64,000 bases of DNA from Blastocladiella emersonii ATCC 22665. Lineage: Eukaryota > Fungi > Blastocladiomycota. Under the pieces are notes generated by a model. The model did not search any database. It was not told where the DNA came from and worked only from the letters and a program-made list of their open reading frames with translations. Each line of letters opens with the position of its first letter. Position 1 is the stretch's first letter. Below, one piece after another: positions 22,928 to 32,662 of this stretch. Where the stretch lies: NCBI GenBank assembly GCA_025594325.1, contig JANHCV010000006.1:558001-622000 (forward strand). Reading direction: 5' to 3'. The position numbers were made by a program, and so were the translations under genes.

Positions 22928-25900
22928 GTCTAGAGTCGCTCCATTTGCTCGATTTGCTCCTCTCGCCTAAGTTTTGTTCAGCCGTTTCTCTCCCTCCCTC
23001 CCGCGCGGGCATCGTGCGCCGAGACGGTCGCCCTGCTGTCTAGTGTAATATAGCTCCCAATCTTCATCGGTAAACCTCCTGTCTCTTCGAATGAGTTGGT
23101 GTGAGTGGGTCCGTCAGTGGACGCGCGCGAAGAGTTGGACATGTTTGATCATGGCCATAGCCATGGTCATGACCACCACGCTTGGCCTGCTCGGCCGGCC
23201 TGACGTTGCGCAATATACGCCAGCGAGGCGCAGCAAGACCCTTTCATTCAACACACGAGCGGTAAACCAGCGTACGACGTCCATGTAGGAATGCGGTATC
23301 TTCCGACTCAGCTTCAACATCGTGATCGCGAGCTCAGCCGTTGAACACCTGGCGGCCGCTGTCGCGAGGACTGAGCTCCTGCTCAGCGTGGCCGCCGCGG
23401 TGGGCACCGGTCATCACCGTACGCCGCATCACGGTATTGGCCGCCGACCTGCTGCGACACGGACGGCTTGGACTTCTCACCCACGCGGCGGGCGACATCC
23501 TTGACGAACTAGGCCGAGTTGCACATCGCGCGCTCGGGCTCCTGCACAAACTGGCGCACCAATATCGCGGGCCGCCACCAACGTTTGAGCACCGATGAGA
23601 ACTACGACGAGTTGGCGCCAAGTTTGAGGACATTCGGGGACGTCAGGTACTCAACAGATGCGCGTCGGCTGCGGCACCGACCCCAGCTCACGCGCGCGTA
23701 CCGCGGCAGCGAGGCCCAGCTTGACAAGGTGCCGACACGACGGGATGTCCAGAGCAATGTAGGCTTTGGGCTTGGGACCGGCGACGTGCCGTATGACCGC
23801 GAGCACGTCGACAGCGAGTTGTTTGGGTCGAGCGCCAAGCAGCGCGCGACAAGCCGACCCCAGCCGCTGCCGCGAACTGGACGGTCGGCGAGACTGTGTG
23901 GGGTCGGCGGCGGGGGATAAAGCACCTGAGGACCTTGAGACGCGCGTCGAGGATAAAGTATGTCACGATCCCGCGCGAGTTGATCGAGACGATGAGCGGG
24001 CTGTGCGAGGACGGTGAAGCTGAGATATTGGTAAAAGTGTGGCGGCGGCGGTGACGCGGCAGTGGCAAGGTTGCGCTTGCGCACCGGAAACTGTGGCGCG
24101 GACCGGATTGCGGCGGTACGGCTCAGCGACACGAGGTACGCTGGCTGGGAAGCAGGCGCCGGCAGGTCGAGCCGTTGCTCGGACGTCGCGGCCAAAAGCT
24201 CAGCAAGCCTCCGAACGGCGTACTGCGCAAACTCGCACGGGCCGGGCTTGTCCTTGAGCAGCGTTGTTGGCACGCAAATCGAAGTTCGCGATGAGGAGCG
24301 GCAACAGGGTGCATCGCTCTGTCTCTGTCTCTGTCTCTGTCTCTAGCAACGGCACGCGGCGAGGCGGTGTGGAGAAGATAACGGTACGAGATCTCGAAGT
24401 GGGCGGCATTCCACTACCAGCGCTGATGCAGCTTGCGGACGACGAGGGAAGCAGGCCGATTCCGAGAGCAGCGGTGTGCGAAGCTCGAGGCGAAGAATGA
24501 GGTGAATTTAACGTAACGGCGGCGATGACAAAGCAGGCGCTTTGCCTTGCGCACCCACAGAGCCGCGACAGTCTCGGCGGGAAAGCGCAACGCTGTTGTT
24601 GTTTGATGCCCTTGGGTGGCGCTCGTGAAAGAGGAAGAAGGCCAGCGTCGAGCCGTCATCAGTTGGTAGGAAGGAAGCTGGTAATCAGGCCGTATGGCAG
24701 ATTGAAAGTCTTGCACTCGCTCAATACACGGTGCGAGCATAGGACCATGCGAGTGAGTACGCCGTTGTCGTGCGCTCATCCGCAAGGGGGCAACGGCGTC
24801 GTCCCCGCGTGTGTGTGACGTACAACTGCTCCTCGTCGCCCTGGTGTTCAGAGCAGCCCACGTGTTGGACCTGAAGCCGCCGTAGAGCTGCGACGAAGCC
24901 GCCGGAGCTCGCCAAACCCAGCCTAGTTGAGCAGCGATGTAGGGCTATAGAGAGATCAATGTCAGAGCGGTCCGTGGTAGTTTACGTTGCAGGTAGTCAG
25001 TTGCAGTGGATACATGGCAAGCTGCGGTGGGGCGAGCGAGAGGAGGCGCGTGCAAAAGTCGCGCGTCGCGTTTCAGATCAGCGCGCACGGGCGCGTCACG
25101 TTATTTCGCGTCGCGTCGCGTCTCGCACCGCGTCTCTCACGCGCCGCAGACGCCGGTCATTTGGCTGCTGGCGTGTCATACCCAGTCCTCTGGAGTTTAT
25201 TTACACCAACACGTTCCCGAGTTCCCAGTGTGCGCGTCAGCGGACTAAACGACTGCGAGCAGCGTGTGTGTGACTCCCACGTTATCGTGATCGCGATCAT
25301 GATCACCTTTCGTCCCCACCATCTATTCCCGGTAAAGGAGTGCCGCCAGCCGGCAACTCCTCTTCATCGTCCGTCAGCATCATGGACGGAAGCGTGCGAT
25401 GCGTTAAGAGCGCTGCGCCTGATCGAGTCGCGGTTTTTCGCGGCGCGTTTTCGTCTCCCGCGCGTTGTGTGGGTCTCCCGAAGCCGAGGTGGAACCGAGA
25501 CGACGGTCCGCCACGGTAGAACCTCAATCAATGTCGTCATATTTGAGGAAAAAGCAATCAGTTTGAAAAAGAAAAGAGAGAGAGATTTTGGGGGTGGGGC
25601 GTGAGCGGAAGTGGACATCCCGAAGAGGAGGTCCTCTAGGGGTGACTCATGGCTGATTGCTATTCAACCTCGAACGAGACGGATTCGAACTGAGCACCCG
25701 AAGCTCCACCGACCAGCCGCGGCCCCGAACCCGCGGAAGTCCTTTGTTGCCCACTCCACTCAGGCCCCGATTGTATAAGCAACTGACCCGAGCAAACTGT
25801 CCCGCCGCACTCACTACAGGCGCCACGATGGCCACGGTCAACGTCGGCCGGCAAGTCATGGTCACCGCGAATCTCACCCCAAGTAACGGATACGCCGGCA

Positions 25901-26224
25901 TCCTGACCATCTAGCTCCTCCGCTCCCGACGACTCGATCTCGGCACTTTGCCTAAACGAGTCTCCGCCATCAATTATGCAAAATACCCAGTCCACGAGGT
26001 GAATTGTTCGAGCAGCGACATGTCGGCTTGTCTCGCGACGCTGAGACGCTTCCATTCGTTTCACGAGGCGCGCACGTACTGTGGCGCGACGTGTTGCCGT
26101 CGAACAAACGAACGCATCACGCGCGATCACGGAAACGACTTGCCCAGCTAGTCGGTGTCAGTCCAGTGCGCGTTATGCACCAAGTTCACAGCGGACAACA
26201 TTTTTTGTTGCTGAGAGCAGTACG

Positions 26225-26250
26225 TGAGGTATCCTTATAAGGATACCTCA
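26225..26250. repeat. Perfect 26-bp terminal palindrome TGAGGTATCCTTA|TAAGGATACCTCA (also 49545-49570)
   Basis: Directly readable; self-complementary at all 26 positions. Confidence 0.98.
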
Positions 26251-26575
26251 GGATAGGATTAAATGGCTATAGAGGTAGATGTGGTTAGGTCTATCCCTGG
26301 GGACGCCCGTCAGAAACATCCCCAGGGATGCGCGCGCGCCCGCAGCCACGAAGTGGCGGAGGGTCCTCACGTGATAAGTCGACGCGTCTCCAAGTGTCTC
26401 GCGGCCCACGTGACGGTCATCTGATCCGCGACGCGTCTCGAAATGACTTTGCGATTATTCGATGAATTGAAATCCACGACGGGCATGGGCGATATTGGCA
26501 AACGTCTATGAATCCGTCGGCGCGGTGAGGAAATGGTGAGTCGGTTGGTGAGAGTATAGGTGAGGTCGGTGAGAG

Positions 26576-26722
26576 TGTGTCCCTGTGTCCCAGTGTCCCA
26601 GCGATTTTCACTTGTAGCTCGTATTTTGAACTGAAAACAGCATACTAACTAAGTATGTTAGTTATATTTTTCAAATTTATAAAAAAGAATATTTAGCTGG
26701 GACACTGGGACACTGGGACACA
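26576..26722. repeat. Origin-like block: 3x TGTCCC repeats, AT-rich core, 3x inverted GGGACA repeats
   Basis: Directly readable. Also in the right TIR (~49073-49219) and as a diverged internal copy at ~48765-48911. Origin function is inferred. Confidence 0.8.
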
Positions 26723-26844
26723 AGTAGGTTGATAGAGTAGACGGCCATTTGGTAGTGGGTTTCAGTCGTCATAGTCCATGCCATCTGAGAAGCGGGCGCG
26801 GCGGATTTCCAGTCACTGGGCGATCCAGCTGTGGGGCAGGGAGT

Positions 26845-27152
26845 TGTGAGTATGACGCAGTTTTTAGGGCCTCCACAAAGGAAGCTAATGGCTTACCCCG
26901 GGTGTGAGTTTGTGAGTACAGGAATCGGAACTTTTCCACCCCGCCCATAATTCGGAGACTTTTTGTCACTGACATATGTATGTTACTTTTTTCTTCCAAA
27001 TATATATCACTGAATACCTCTAAATCTCATACTCACATACTCACAAGACAAAAAACAAAGTAAAAACACTCAGGGTAACGTAAAAGTAGTGCATTTTGTG
27101 AGTACGGCCTCCACACTCACACACACTCACACACACTCACAATCTACTCACA
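26845..27152. repeat. Array of ten TGTGAGT/ACTCACA heptamers in both orientations
   Basis: TGTGAGT at 26845, 26903, 26911, 27097; ACTCACA at 27031, 27039, 27115, 27125, 27135, 27146. Confidence 0.8.
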
Positions 27153-29519
27153 ATCATTGCCGTCGTCCTCTGCAGTATTGAGTCTGTAGCTGTAGACCAC
27201 ACCAGTCACCACTGGCCGCTTGGTCCGGGCCGTCCGATCGTACTGGGTGCAACAGTCCTTGGCATGCTTGCCCATGCAGTGCTTGCAGAGGTTCATTGTG
27301 GCCTTGCCCAGTCCGCGCGCCTCCATCAGGGAGTCATTCCACTTGGTTTTGGGGTGCAGATCAAGTGCGCGGAGGAAATCAGTGTAAAGCATCGCCTGCT
27401 CCGGATCCGCTGTCACAGTCAGCGGGCAGTCATCATCAAGCAGTGCGCTCCCAATTGGATCGTTTGCCAGTTTAGCCATGACAGCGTTATCCTTGAATAC
27501 CTGCTCCATAATGTCATCGCGGAATGTGAGCCCCTGGTTCTCCTCAAGGTGCTGCACAGTGAAGTGATACGCGTCCAGGGCAAACAGCAGAATGTTCAGC
27601 AAGTACTTGTCTCGGATCTGCGCCTGGAGGAACGTGTTCTCGCGTTCGGGCTTCTTTGTAAAGTTGATAAACATGAAACGCTTGGAAACTTCGTTGAAAA
27701 CTTCGGTAATCTTGAGAACAAAGTTGGACGTTGGCAGCATATGCGCCTCAAAGGCATCAGTGACCTCGTCCCCGCCCTTTCGCGCGCTGGAAAGTCCCTT
27801 ACCCTCGACCAGGTTCTTGGCCGTCTGGAAACCAAGTTTCTCGAAAAAGTCAGCATTTACATCTGTGAGCTCCCACGCGACCTTGTTCTTCGTATACGCG
27901 ATCGTAAACTTGGTCACAGTTTCATCACTGGCCGTGGCCTGGAAGCGGTGCATCCCATGGATGTCCTGAACAAGCTTGATGGACAGAGACTTGCCCGTGC
28001 CCGACTCGCCATAGGTAAATGGCGTGATTGCCCAGTTGTCAAAGTATCCCACTGGGAACATGGTGCGGCCAAAGTACATCATCACGTACTGAATCTTGGC
28101 AAGCTCGTTGCTACCAAACTGTAGATCAAGCACGTCCTGGTAAGGGCCCAGGCTGAGCTCAGAGTACTTGTTCAGGTAATCGAAATCGAACTCGTTGTCA
28201 ATGTACGTCCACACCACTGGGTTCCCACTGCAAACGTGGTTTACAAACCACTCGTAGTTGTCCTCGATGTCCTGTAGAGAAATTGGCCCCCATTTACGGT
28301 TCTCATGCGTGCCAGTGAACAGAACCCCATTCTTGAACGCGATCAGGCTGCGGTTTTGTTTGTACTGGGGGATGTTCTTAGAACCCTGCGCCAATCGCTG
28401 TGTTACGTGGCGGCGGTACTTGCTTGCGTCCTGGTTGTAATAGTCGACAAATACGTCATCGAGAATGTAGGACACGTACTCATCCACTGTCATGTGGCGC
28501 TCAAAATAAAACGGGTTCTTTGCTGATGGCTTGTAAATGTACTCGCTGTCCTTGACATAGCCCAGGGTCTTGAACTCGTCCACGATAAACTCTGAGATCA
28601 ACTGCGTTGGTGTCTTCTCCTCCTCCTCTTCCTCGGGCTCTGGAATGGCACAGGGCGCGACAATGGGTTTCTCGGCCCACTTGATATCAAAACCCGTCTT
28701 TTCGAGCGTGTACGCACCGAGGTCGGCCATAAACTGCTCGTTGATCTGATCTGAGGCACGGACCATCATGCCGTCGTACATGAGAACCGCGACCTTGATA
28801 TCACGCGAAGAGCAAAAGTCTTTGGCGTGAAGAAGGAGCTTGCACTCGACACACTGATAGACGAACGAGAGGAATGAGCCCTGGCGATTGGGATGCTTTG
28901 GCGACGACATGGCCCACACATCCAGGTGCATCTCTTGAAACTTGGGAACCACGACGTTGTACAAAAACGCGTGGAACGCCTTGTACTCGGCGGGAAACTC
29001 CAACGGACACTTTTTGCTGAACGAGCCAGCGAAGAAATCGGTTTTGTTCATGCCCAGTCGATCAAGTACGCTGTTTCGGTTCTCAATGTACTCGTTGAGA
29101 AGAGGGTACTCGAGTCCATGGTGACGAGCCAGTTGGTGGATGATGGTTGGCGCACAGTTGTGCATGTCGATATCTTGGAGCACGCCCTCGAACAGGAACG
29201 CACGCGTTTCGCCGCAAATCTTTTGTAGCCCAGGAGTAGTAGGCGTGGTAGTAAGTCGGCCAGAGTTTGTCGTGTCTGAGAACTTGTAGATGGTCTCGAC
29301 TTCACCGCGCTTATTCATCTTGCGACGGATTGAGTTGACGATTTTCGTTTCCTTGGCCTGTTGCTTTGGGTCGGCACACGAACACTGGATCGCCTTGCTG
29401 TGTAGAGCTTCCACGGCCTTGGGGTTCACTGGCGCCATGAGGCGGACGGCATAGAGCGGGTCAAGAATCTTTGAAAGGTCCTTGACAGTCTCGGTAATCT
29501 TTGAGGCGGCGGAAGACAT
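27144..29519 (-). CDS. TVpol-like (family A polymerase-related) primase fused to an SF3/D5-like helicase
   Basis: N-terminal SGRL...GLQ...DIDMHNCAPTI and LMYDG motifs; C-terminal Walker A GESGTGKS, ARKGG and PTSNF. ATG at 29519 (MSSAASK) preferred to the ORF-track start. Confidence 0.8.
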   Translation of the reverse strand: MSSAASKITETVKDLSKILDPLYAVRLMAPVNPKAVEALHSKAIQCSCADPKQQAKETKIVNSIRRKMNKRGEVETIYKFSDTTNSGRLTTTPTTPGLQKICGETRAFLFEGVLQDIDMHNCAPTIIHQLARHHGLEYPLLNEYIENRNSVLDRLGMNKTDFFAGSFSKKCPLEFPAEYKAFHAFLYNVVVPKFQEMHLDVWAMSSPKHPNRQGSFLSFVYQCVECKLLLHAKDFCSSRDIKVAVLMYDGMMVRASDQINEQFMADLGAYTLEKTGFDIKWAEKPIVAPCAIPEPEEEEEEKTPTQLISEFIVDEFKTLGYVKDSEYIYKPSAKNPFYFERHMTVDEYVSYILDDVFVDYYNQDASKYRRHVTQRLAQGSKNIPQYKQNRSLIAFKNGVLFTGTHENRKWGPISLQDIEDNYEWFVNHVCSGNPVVWTYIDNEFDFDYLNKYSELSLGPYQDVLDLQFGSNELAKIQYVMMYFGRTMFPVGYFDNWAITPFTYGESGTGKSLSIKLVQDIHGMHRFQATASDETVTKFTIAYTKNKVAWELTDVNADFFEKLGFQTAKNLVEGKGLSSARKGGDEVTDAFEAHMLPTSNFVLKITEVFNEVSKRFMFINFTKKPERENTFLQAQIRDKYLLNILLFALDAYHFTVQHLEENQGLTFRDDIMEQVFKDNAVMAKLANDPIGSALLDDDCPLTVTADPEQAMLYTDFLRALDLHPKTKWNDSLMEARGLGKATMNLCKHCMGKHAKDCCTQYDRTARTKRPVVTGVVYSYRLNTAEDDGNDCE

Positions 29520-29638
29520 TTTGGGGATGTTCTTACTGTCCCACAAGAGGAAAAACCGGCTGCTTTTATGCGTCTGGCGCGTTTATCGATAACTCTTCAG
29601 AAATAGCTATCGATATGTCATTTGGATCGCGGGAACGT

Positions 29639-30094
29639 CTATTCCGCGTCGTCTTCCGCCGTCTCTGGCTTCTGTTTCTTTTCGAGTTTGCGCACAGATG
29701 CCTTTGCAATTGCCTTGAGCATCACATCGAGCTTTACTTTTTCCCATTCCGCGCGAATAATTTCCGCCTCGCACTCTGGAATGGAAAACTTGGCAAGAGT
29801 TCCTGCAATGTCCACGTCCAGCTTTCGAACCTTTAACTTGCCCACGAGCTCGAGGAGTGTGTTTTCGCCCCAGGAAGTGAGCGGGCACTTGGAAAGCTTG
29901 CGATTCAAAGCGAGTTCGACGATCGCCACGCGGGCAGCGAGTGCGCGGACCTTCTCAAACGCGGCACCCGCCATCCCTGGGGATATCGTTGTGATGGCTT
30001 CGCTGTCAAGCTGCAGAACGAGTTCTGGATCGAATACAGTGTTGGGGATGTCAGTGACATGGCTCAGGAAGAATCCCATCAAGTGCGAGTCCAT
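29639..30094 (-). CDS. Hypothetical viral protein (~151 aa)
   Basis: Open frame packed between the helicase and recombinase genes; no recognised motif. Confidence 0.55.
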   Translation of the reverse strand: MDSHLMGFFLSHVTDIPNTVFDPELVLQLDSEAITTISPGMAGAAFEKVRALAARVAIVELALNRKLSKCPLTSWGENTLLELVGKLKVRKLDVDIAGTLAKFSIPECEAEIIRAEWEKVKLDVMLKAIAKASVRKLEKKQKPETAEDDAE

Positions 30095-30189
30095 TAGCAA
30101 CAGGCGCGAAAACTTTTAGCGATAACGCCAAACGTATAAAACGCGGACATCCCCGCGTACCTTTTTTGCCTGCTCTGTAGTAAAGCACA

Positions 30190-31527
30190 ATGGCGTCGTT
30201 CGAGCTTCTGGTCAAGGACATCCTTGCGCAAGCCACCAAGGAGTTTATGAACGCCCTCGAGCCCCGCCTCCAAGCCATCGAGGACAAGCAAGCGACGATT
30301 CTCAGCCACATGGCCGAGACCCAGTCCAAGATTGAGCCTCGCCTGGCTGAGGTGGAGCGCGAGTTTGCTCACTTGGCCCACACCCTTGAAGGCGACAATC
30401 ACCTGTACCACGAGTGTATCCATGGTGTTAAAACCCGTCTCGACAACCTCGAGAAGGCCGTGCCCGTGCAGGCTACGAAGCGCTCGCATGACGTCATGGA
30501 ACGTGATTCGGATCAGCCCGCTGATCACCCAGCCACGCAGGACGTGGAGATGGCCGACGCGTCCGAGTCCTCGACCACCAACGAGGATCAGCAGCCCGCC
30601 GCTAAGAAGCTCAAGTTCGAGACGATCACAGCCAAGTCGATTGAGGAGTTCAAGAACGCGGACATCATCAAGGCCAACAAGGAAGTCGGGAAGCGCAGTG
30701 ATACTGATAAAGCGACGGCGAACCGCATTCTCACCAAGTTCATGGCTTCGGGCGTCTCGATGCACAACGTGGATGCTGTGAAGGCCGCCATGGTCAAGTG
30801 GGACGACAAAAAGGGAAAGAACAACCCGCCAGATGCGCTCCAGTCGGACACGGCCAAGTGGCTCAGCGTGTACTGCAACTGGAACGGCGACAATGAGCTT
30901 GCTGATCAGTACTCGAAGCCCGCCCAGGAACTTCGTAAGCAGAAGCGCGAGGCCCGCAACAAGGAGGAAGCCGGCACGCTGCCCACTCAGGCTGAGGTTC
31001 TGAAGGCGATCGACGAGAAGTTTGACTGGACGCTGGACAAGGAAGTCAGCCTCGCCAGCAAGGTCCACCAGCTGCAGCTTTACCTCCAGACTCTGACTAC
31101 GGTTCGCAGTGACCTCGCATTCCTCACTGTGGATAAGACGGACCACTTCCCGCACTACGACCCTGAGACGAAGCTCATTTACGGTCCCATTGTGATCAAG
31201 ACGGCCGGCCGCGGATACGACTTCAAGCACCGCGTTGCCGACGACCAGGCTAACATGCTCGCCAAGTTTATCAAGTACCGCCGCGACCAGGGCTTTGATT
31301 TCGTGTTTGCCGACAGCATTGATGACGCCGAGGCGCTGTGCAAGAAGTGGTGCCAAGACGTTGGCCGCAGTGGCAAGCTCGTTGGACTTGACGTTGGAGT
31401 CCAGAAGCTGCGCCGGATCAGCGCGTCTGAGAACACGAAGGCGTACAACGAGATCAAGGCTCGCGCCCATGCCATGGGTCATTCCGTGGGCGTTCACGTC
31501 GACACGTACATGGTCGGCAAGAACTGA
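30190..31527 (+). CDS. Tyrosine recombinase family protein (resembles the PLV/virophage OLV11-type) with N-terminal coiled coil
   Basis: Candidate catalytic residues in order: TVR(S)DL, IKTA, KLRRISAS, MGHS...TY. R-to-H spacing 23 and H-to-Y spacing 9, as in YR enzymes. Confidence 0.7.
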   Translation: MASFELLVKDILAQATKEFMNALEPRLQAIEDKQATILSHMAETQSKIEPRLAEVEREFAHLAHTLEGDNHLYHECIHGVKTRLDNLEKAVPVQATKRSHDVMERDSDQPADHPATQDVEMADASESSTTNEDQQPAAKKLKFETITAKSIEEFKNADIIKANKEVGKRSDTDKATANRILTKFMASGVSMHNVDAVKAAMVKWDDKKGKNNPPDALQSDTAKWLSVYCNWNGDNELADQYSKPAQELRKQKREARNKEEAGTLPTQAEVLKAIDEKFDWTLDKEVSLASKVHQLQLYLQTLTTVRSDLAFLTVDKTDHFPHYDPETKLIYGPIVIKTAGRGYDFKHRVADDQANMLAKFIKYRRDQGFDFVFADSIDDAEALCKKWCQDVGRSGKLVGLDVGVQKLRRISASENTKAYNEIKARAHAMGHSVGVHVDTYMVGKN

Positions 31528-31551
31528 TGGATATTTCTCCTTGTTAATATA

Positions 31552-32661
31552 ATGTATCCGCACGAAGAACCACTTACGGATGCTCAATCAGAGTATTTGA
31601 GCAACCTGTACTATAAAAAGGGCCACGTTGGCGTCGGCATCAGGCGATTATTTGATATCATCACCGCGGAAAATACAGGGCAGCACATCTACCGAGCCCA
31701 ACTCGAAAAATGGCTTGGAGAGCAATCAGTGTGGCAGCAATATAAACAGCCCAAGTACAAGCACCGCGACATTCGTGTGATCTCGTCCGTTAGTCCCGGC
31801 CGCAACTTCCAGATGGACTCGATTATCATGGGCGAAGCAAAGCACTTTAACGGTTACACTGCAATTCTCGTCGCTGTCGACCTTGCCACGCGTAAAGTCT
31901 ATCTCCGACCCGTAAAGAAACGCGAGGCGGCCAACGTGCGGGCAATCTGGGACAAGGTCGTAGAGGAACACAATTTGAATCCCGCTACGATCCAGACGGA
32001 TAACGGGACAGAGTTTGCAACCATTGTGGCCGGGACCACTGTGAAGCACATTAAAGGCAAACCCGGAGTGCCCCAAGGCCAGGGAGTTGCAGAACGAATG
32101 AATCGTACAATCAAGTCAATGCTCATCCCGTGGATGTCGATTCAAGGCAACAACGACTGGCCGAAACACCTCAAGGTAATCGAGGACGTAATCAACAAGT
32201 CCAAGAGTCGTGGGACGGGTAAAGCGCCGAACGCCTACGACAACATCCCCAGGGATGTCGCCAAGACAGAGCTCAAAGCCATCCGTGCCGCTCGGGGCAA
32301 ACCAGAGGGTGATCCACTGAGCGCGTTGCTGAAAGTCGGCCAGCTCGTTCGCGTGCGCATTCCGTACAAGACCCAGTTAGGGTCCAAGGGAAAGCCGCTA
32401 TGGTCGAGTACATTGCATCAAGTCACCAAAGTCCGCAAGGGTTCGGGGGTGAGTAATCCGAGCTATAAAGTCGCCGGTCGCGTCGGGTTTTACTCTCGAA
32501 CTGATCTCCAGCCCGTTTCAGTATCACGTGAGCCGCCGGGACGCGTTGCGCCACAGCGACCAGCACCACAGACGCGCACTAAGCAGCCAATCGAGCCACG
32601 CAAGCCGCCGGAACGTGATCGACGCGAACCCGGTCGATTCAGGGATACGGTGCGCCACTGA
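31552..32661 (+). CDS. Retroviral-type (rve, DDE) integrase
   Basis: FQMDSI (D), IQTDNGTEF (D), GVAERMNRTIK (E); C-terminal KVGQLVRV...YKV SH3/KOW-like segment. Confidence 0.93.
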   Translation: MYPHEEPLTDAQSEYLSNLYYKKGHVGVGIRRLFDIITAENTGQHIYRAQLEKWLGEQSVWQQYKQPKYKHRDIRVISSVSPGRNFQMDSIIMGEAKHFNGYTAILVAVDLATRKVYLRPVKKREAANVRAIWDKVVEEHNLNPATIQTDNGTEFATIVAGTTVKHIKGKPGVPQGQGVAERMNRTIKSMLIPWMSIQGNNDWPKHLKVIEDVINKSKSRGTGKAPNAYDNIPRDVAKTELKAIRAARGKPEGDPLSALLKVGQLVRVRIPYKTQLGSKGKPLWSSTLHQVTKVRKGSGVSNPSYKVAGRVGFYSRTDLQPVSVSREPPGRVAPQRPAPQTRTKQPIEPRKPPERDRREPGRFRDTVRH

Positions 32662-32662
32662 A

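Larger units (their letters stand above)
26225..26835 (+). repeat. Left terminal inverted repeat (~611 bp)
   Basis: Reverse complement of 48959-49570. The only difference I spotted by eye is a 1-bp indel (TTCCAGTCAC vs TTCCAGGTCAC). Confidence 0.97.

Noticed and set aside
24316-24345. (TCTCTG)n microsatellite, and (GAGAGC)n near 52110-52140
   Set aside because: Ordinary simple repeats with no associated structure.
23000-26200. Possible decayed gene(s) left of the provirus
   Set aside because: Only short, interrupted frames with no motif I can support; left unannotated.
26417-26611. Identical 64-aa ORFs at 26417-26611 and 49184-49378
   Set aside because: A by-product of the TIRs; no ATG start or recognisable motif.
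30094-31587. Long antisense or overlapping ORFs (also 52-1263, 17948-18994, 33579-34871, 43518-45002, 54091-55146)
   Set aside because: Shadow frames of real genes caused by GC-rich codon bias; no independent motifs.
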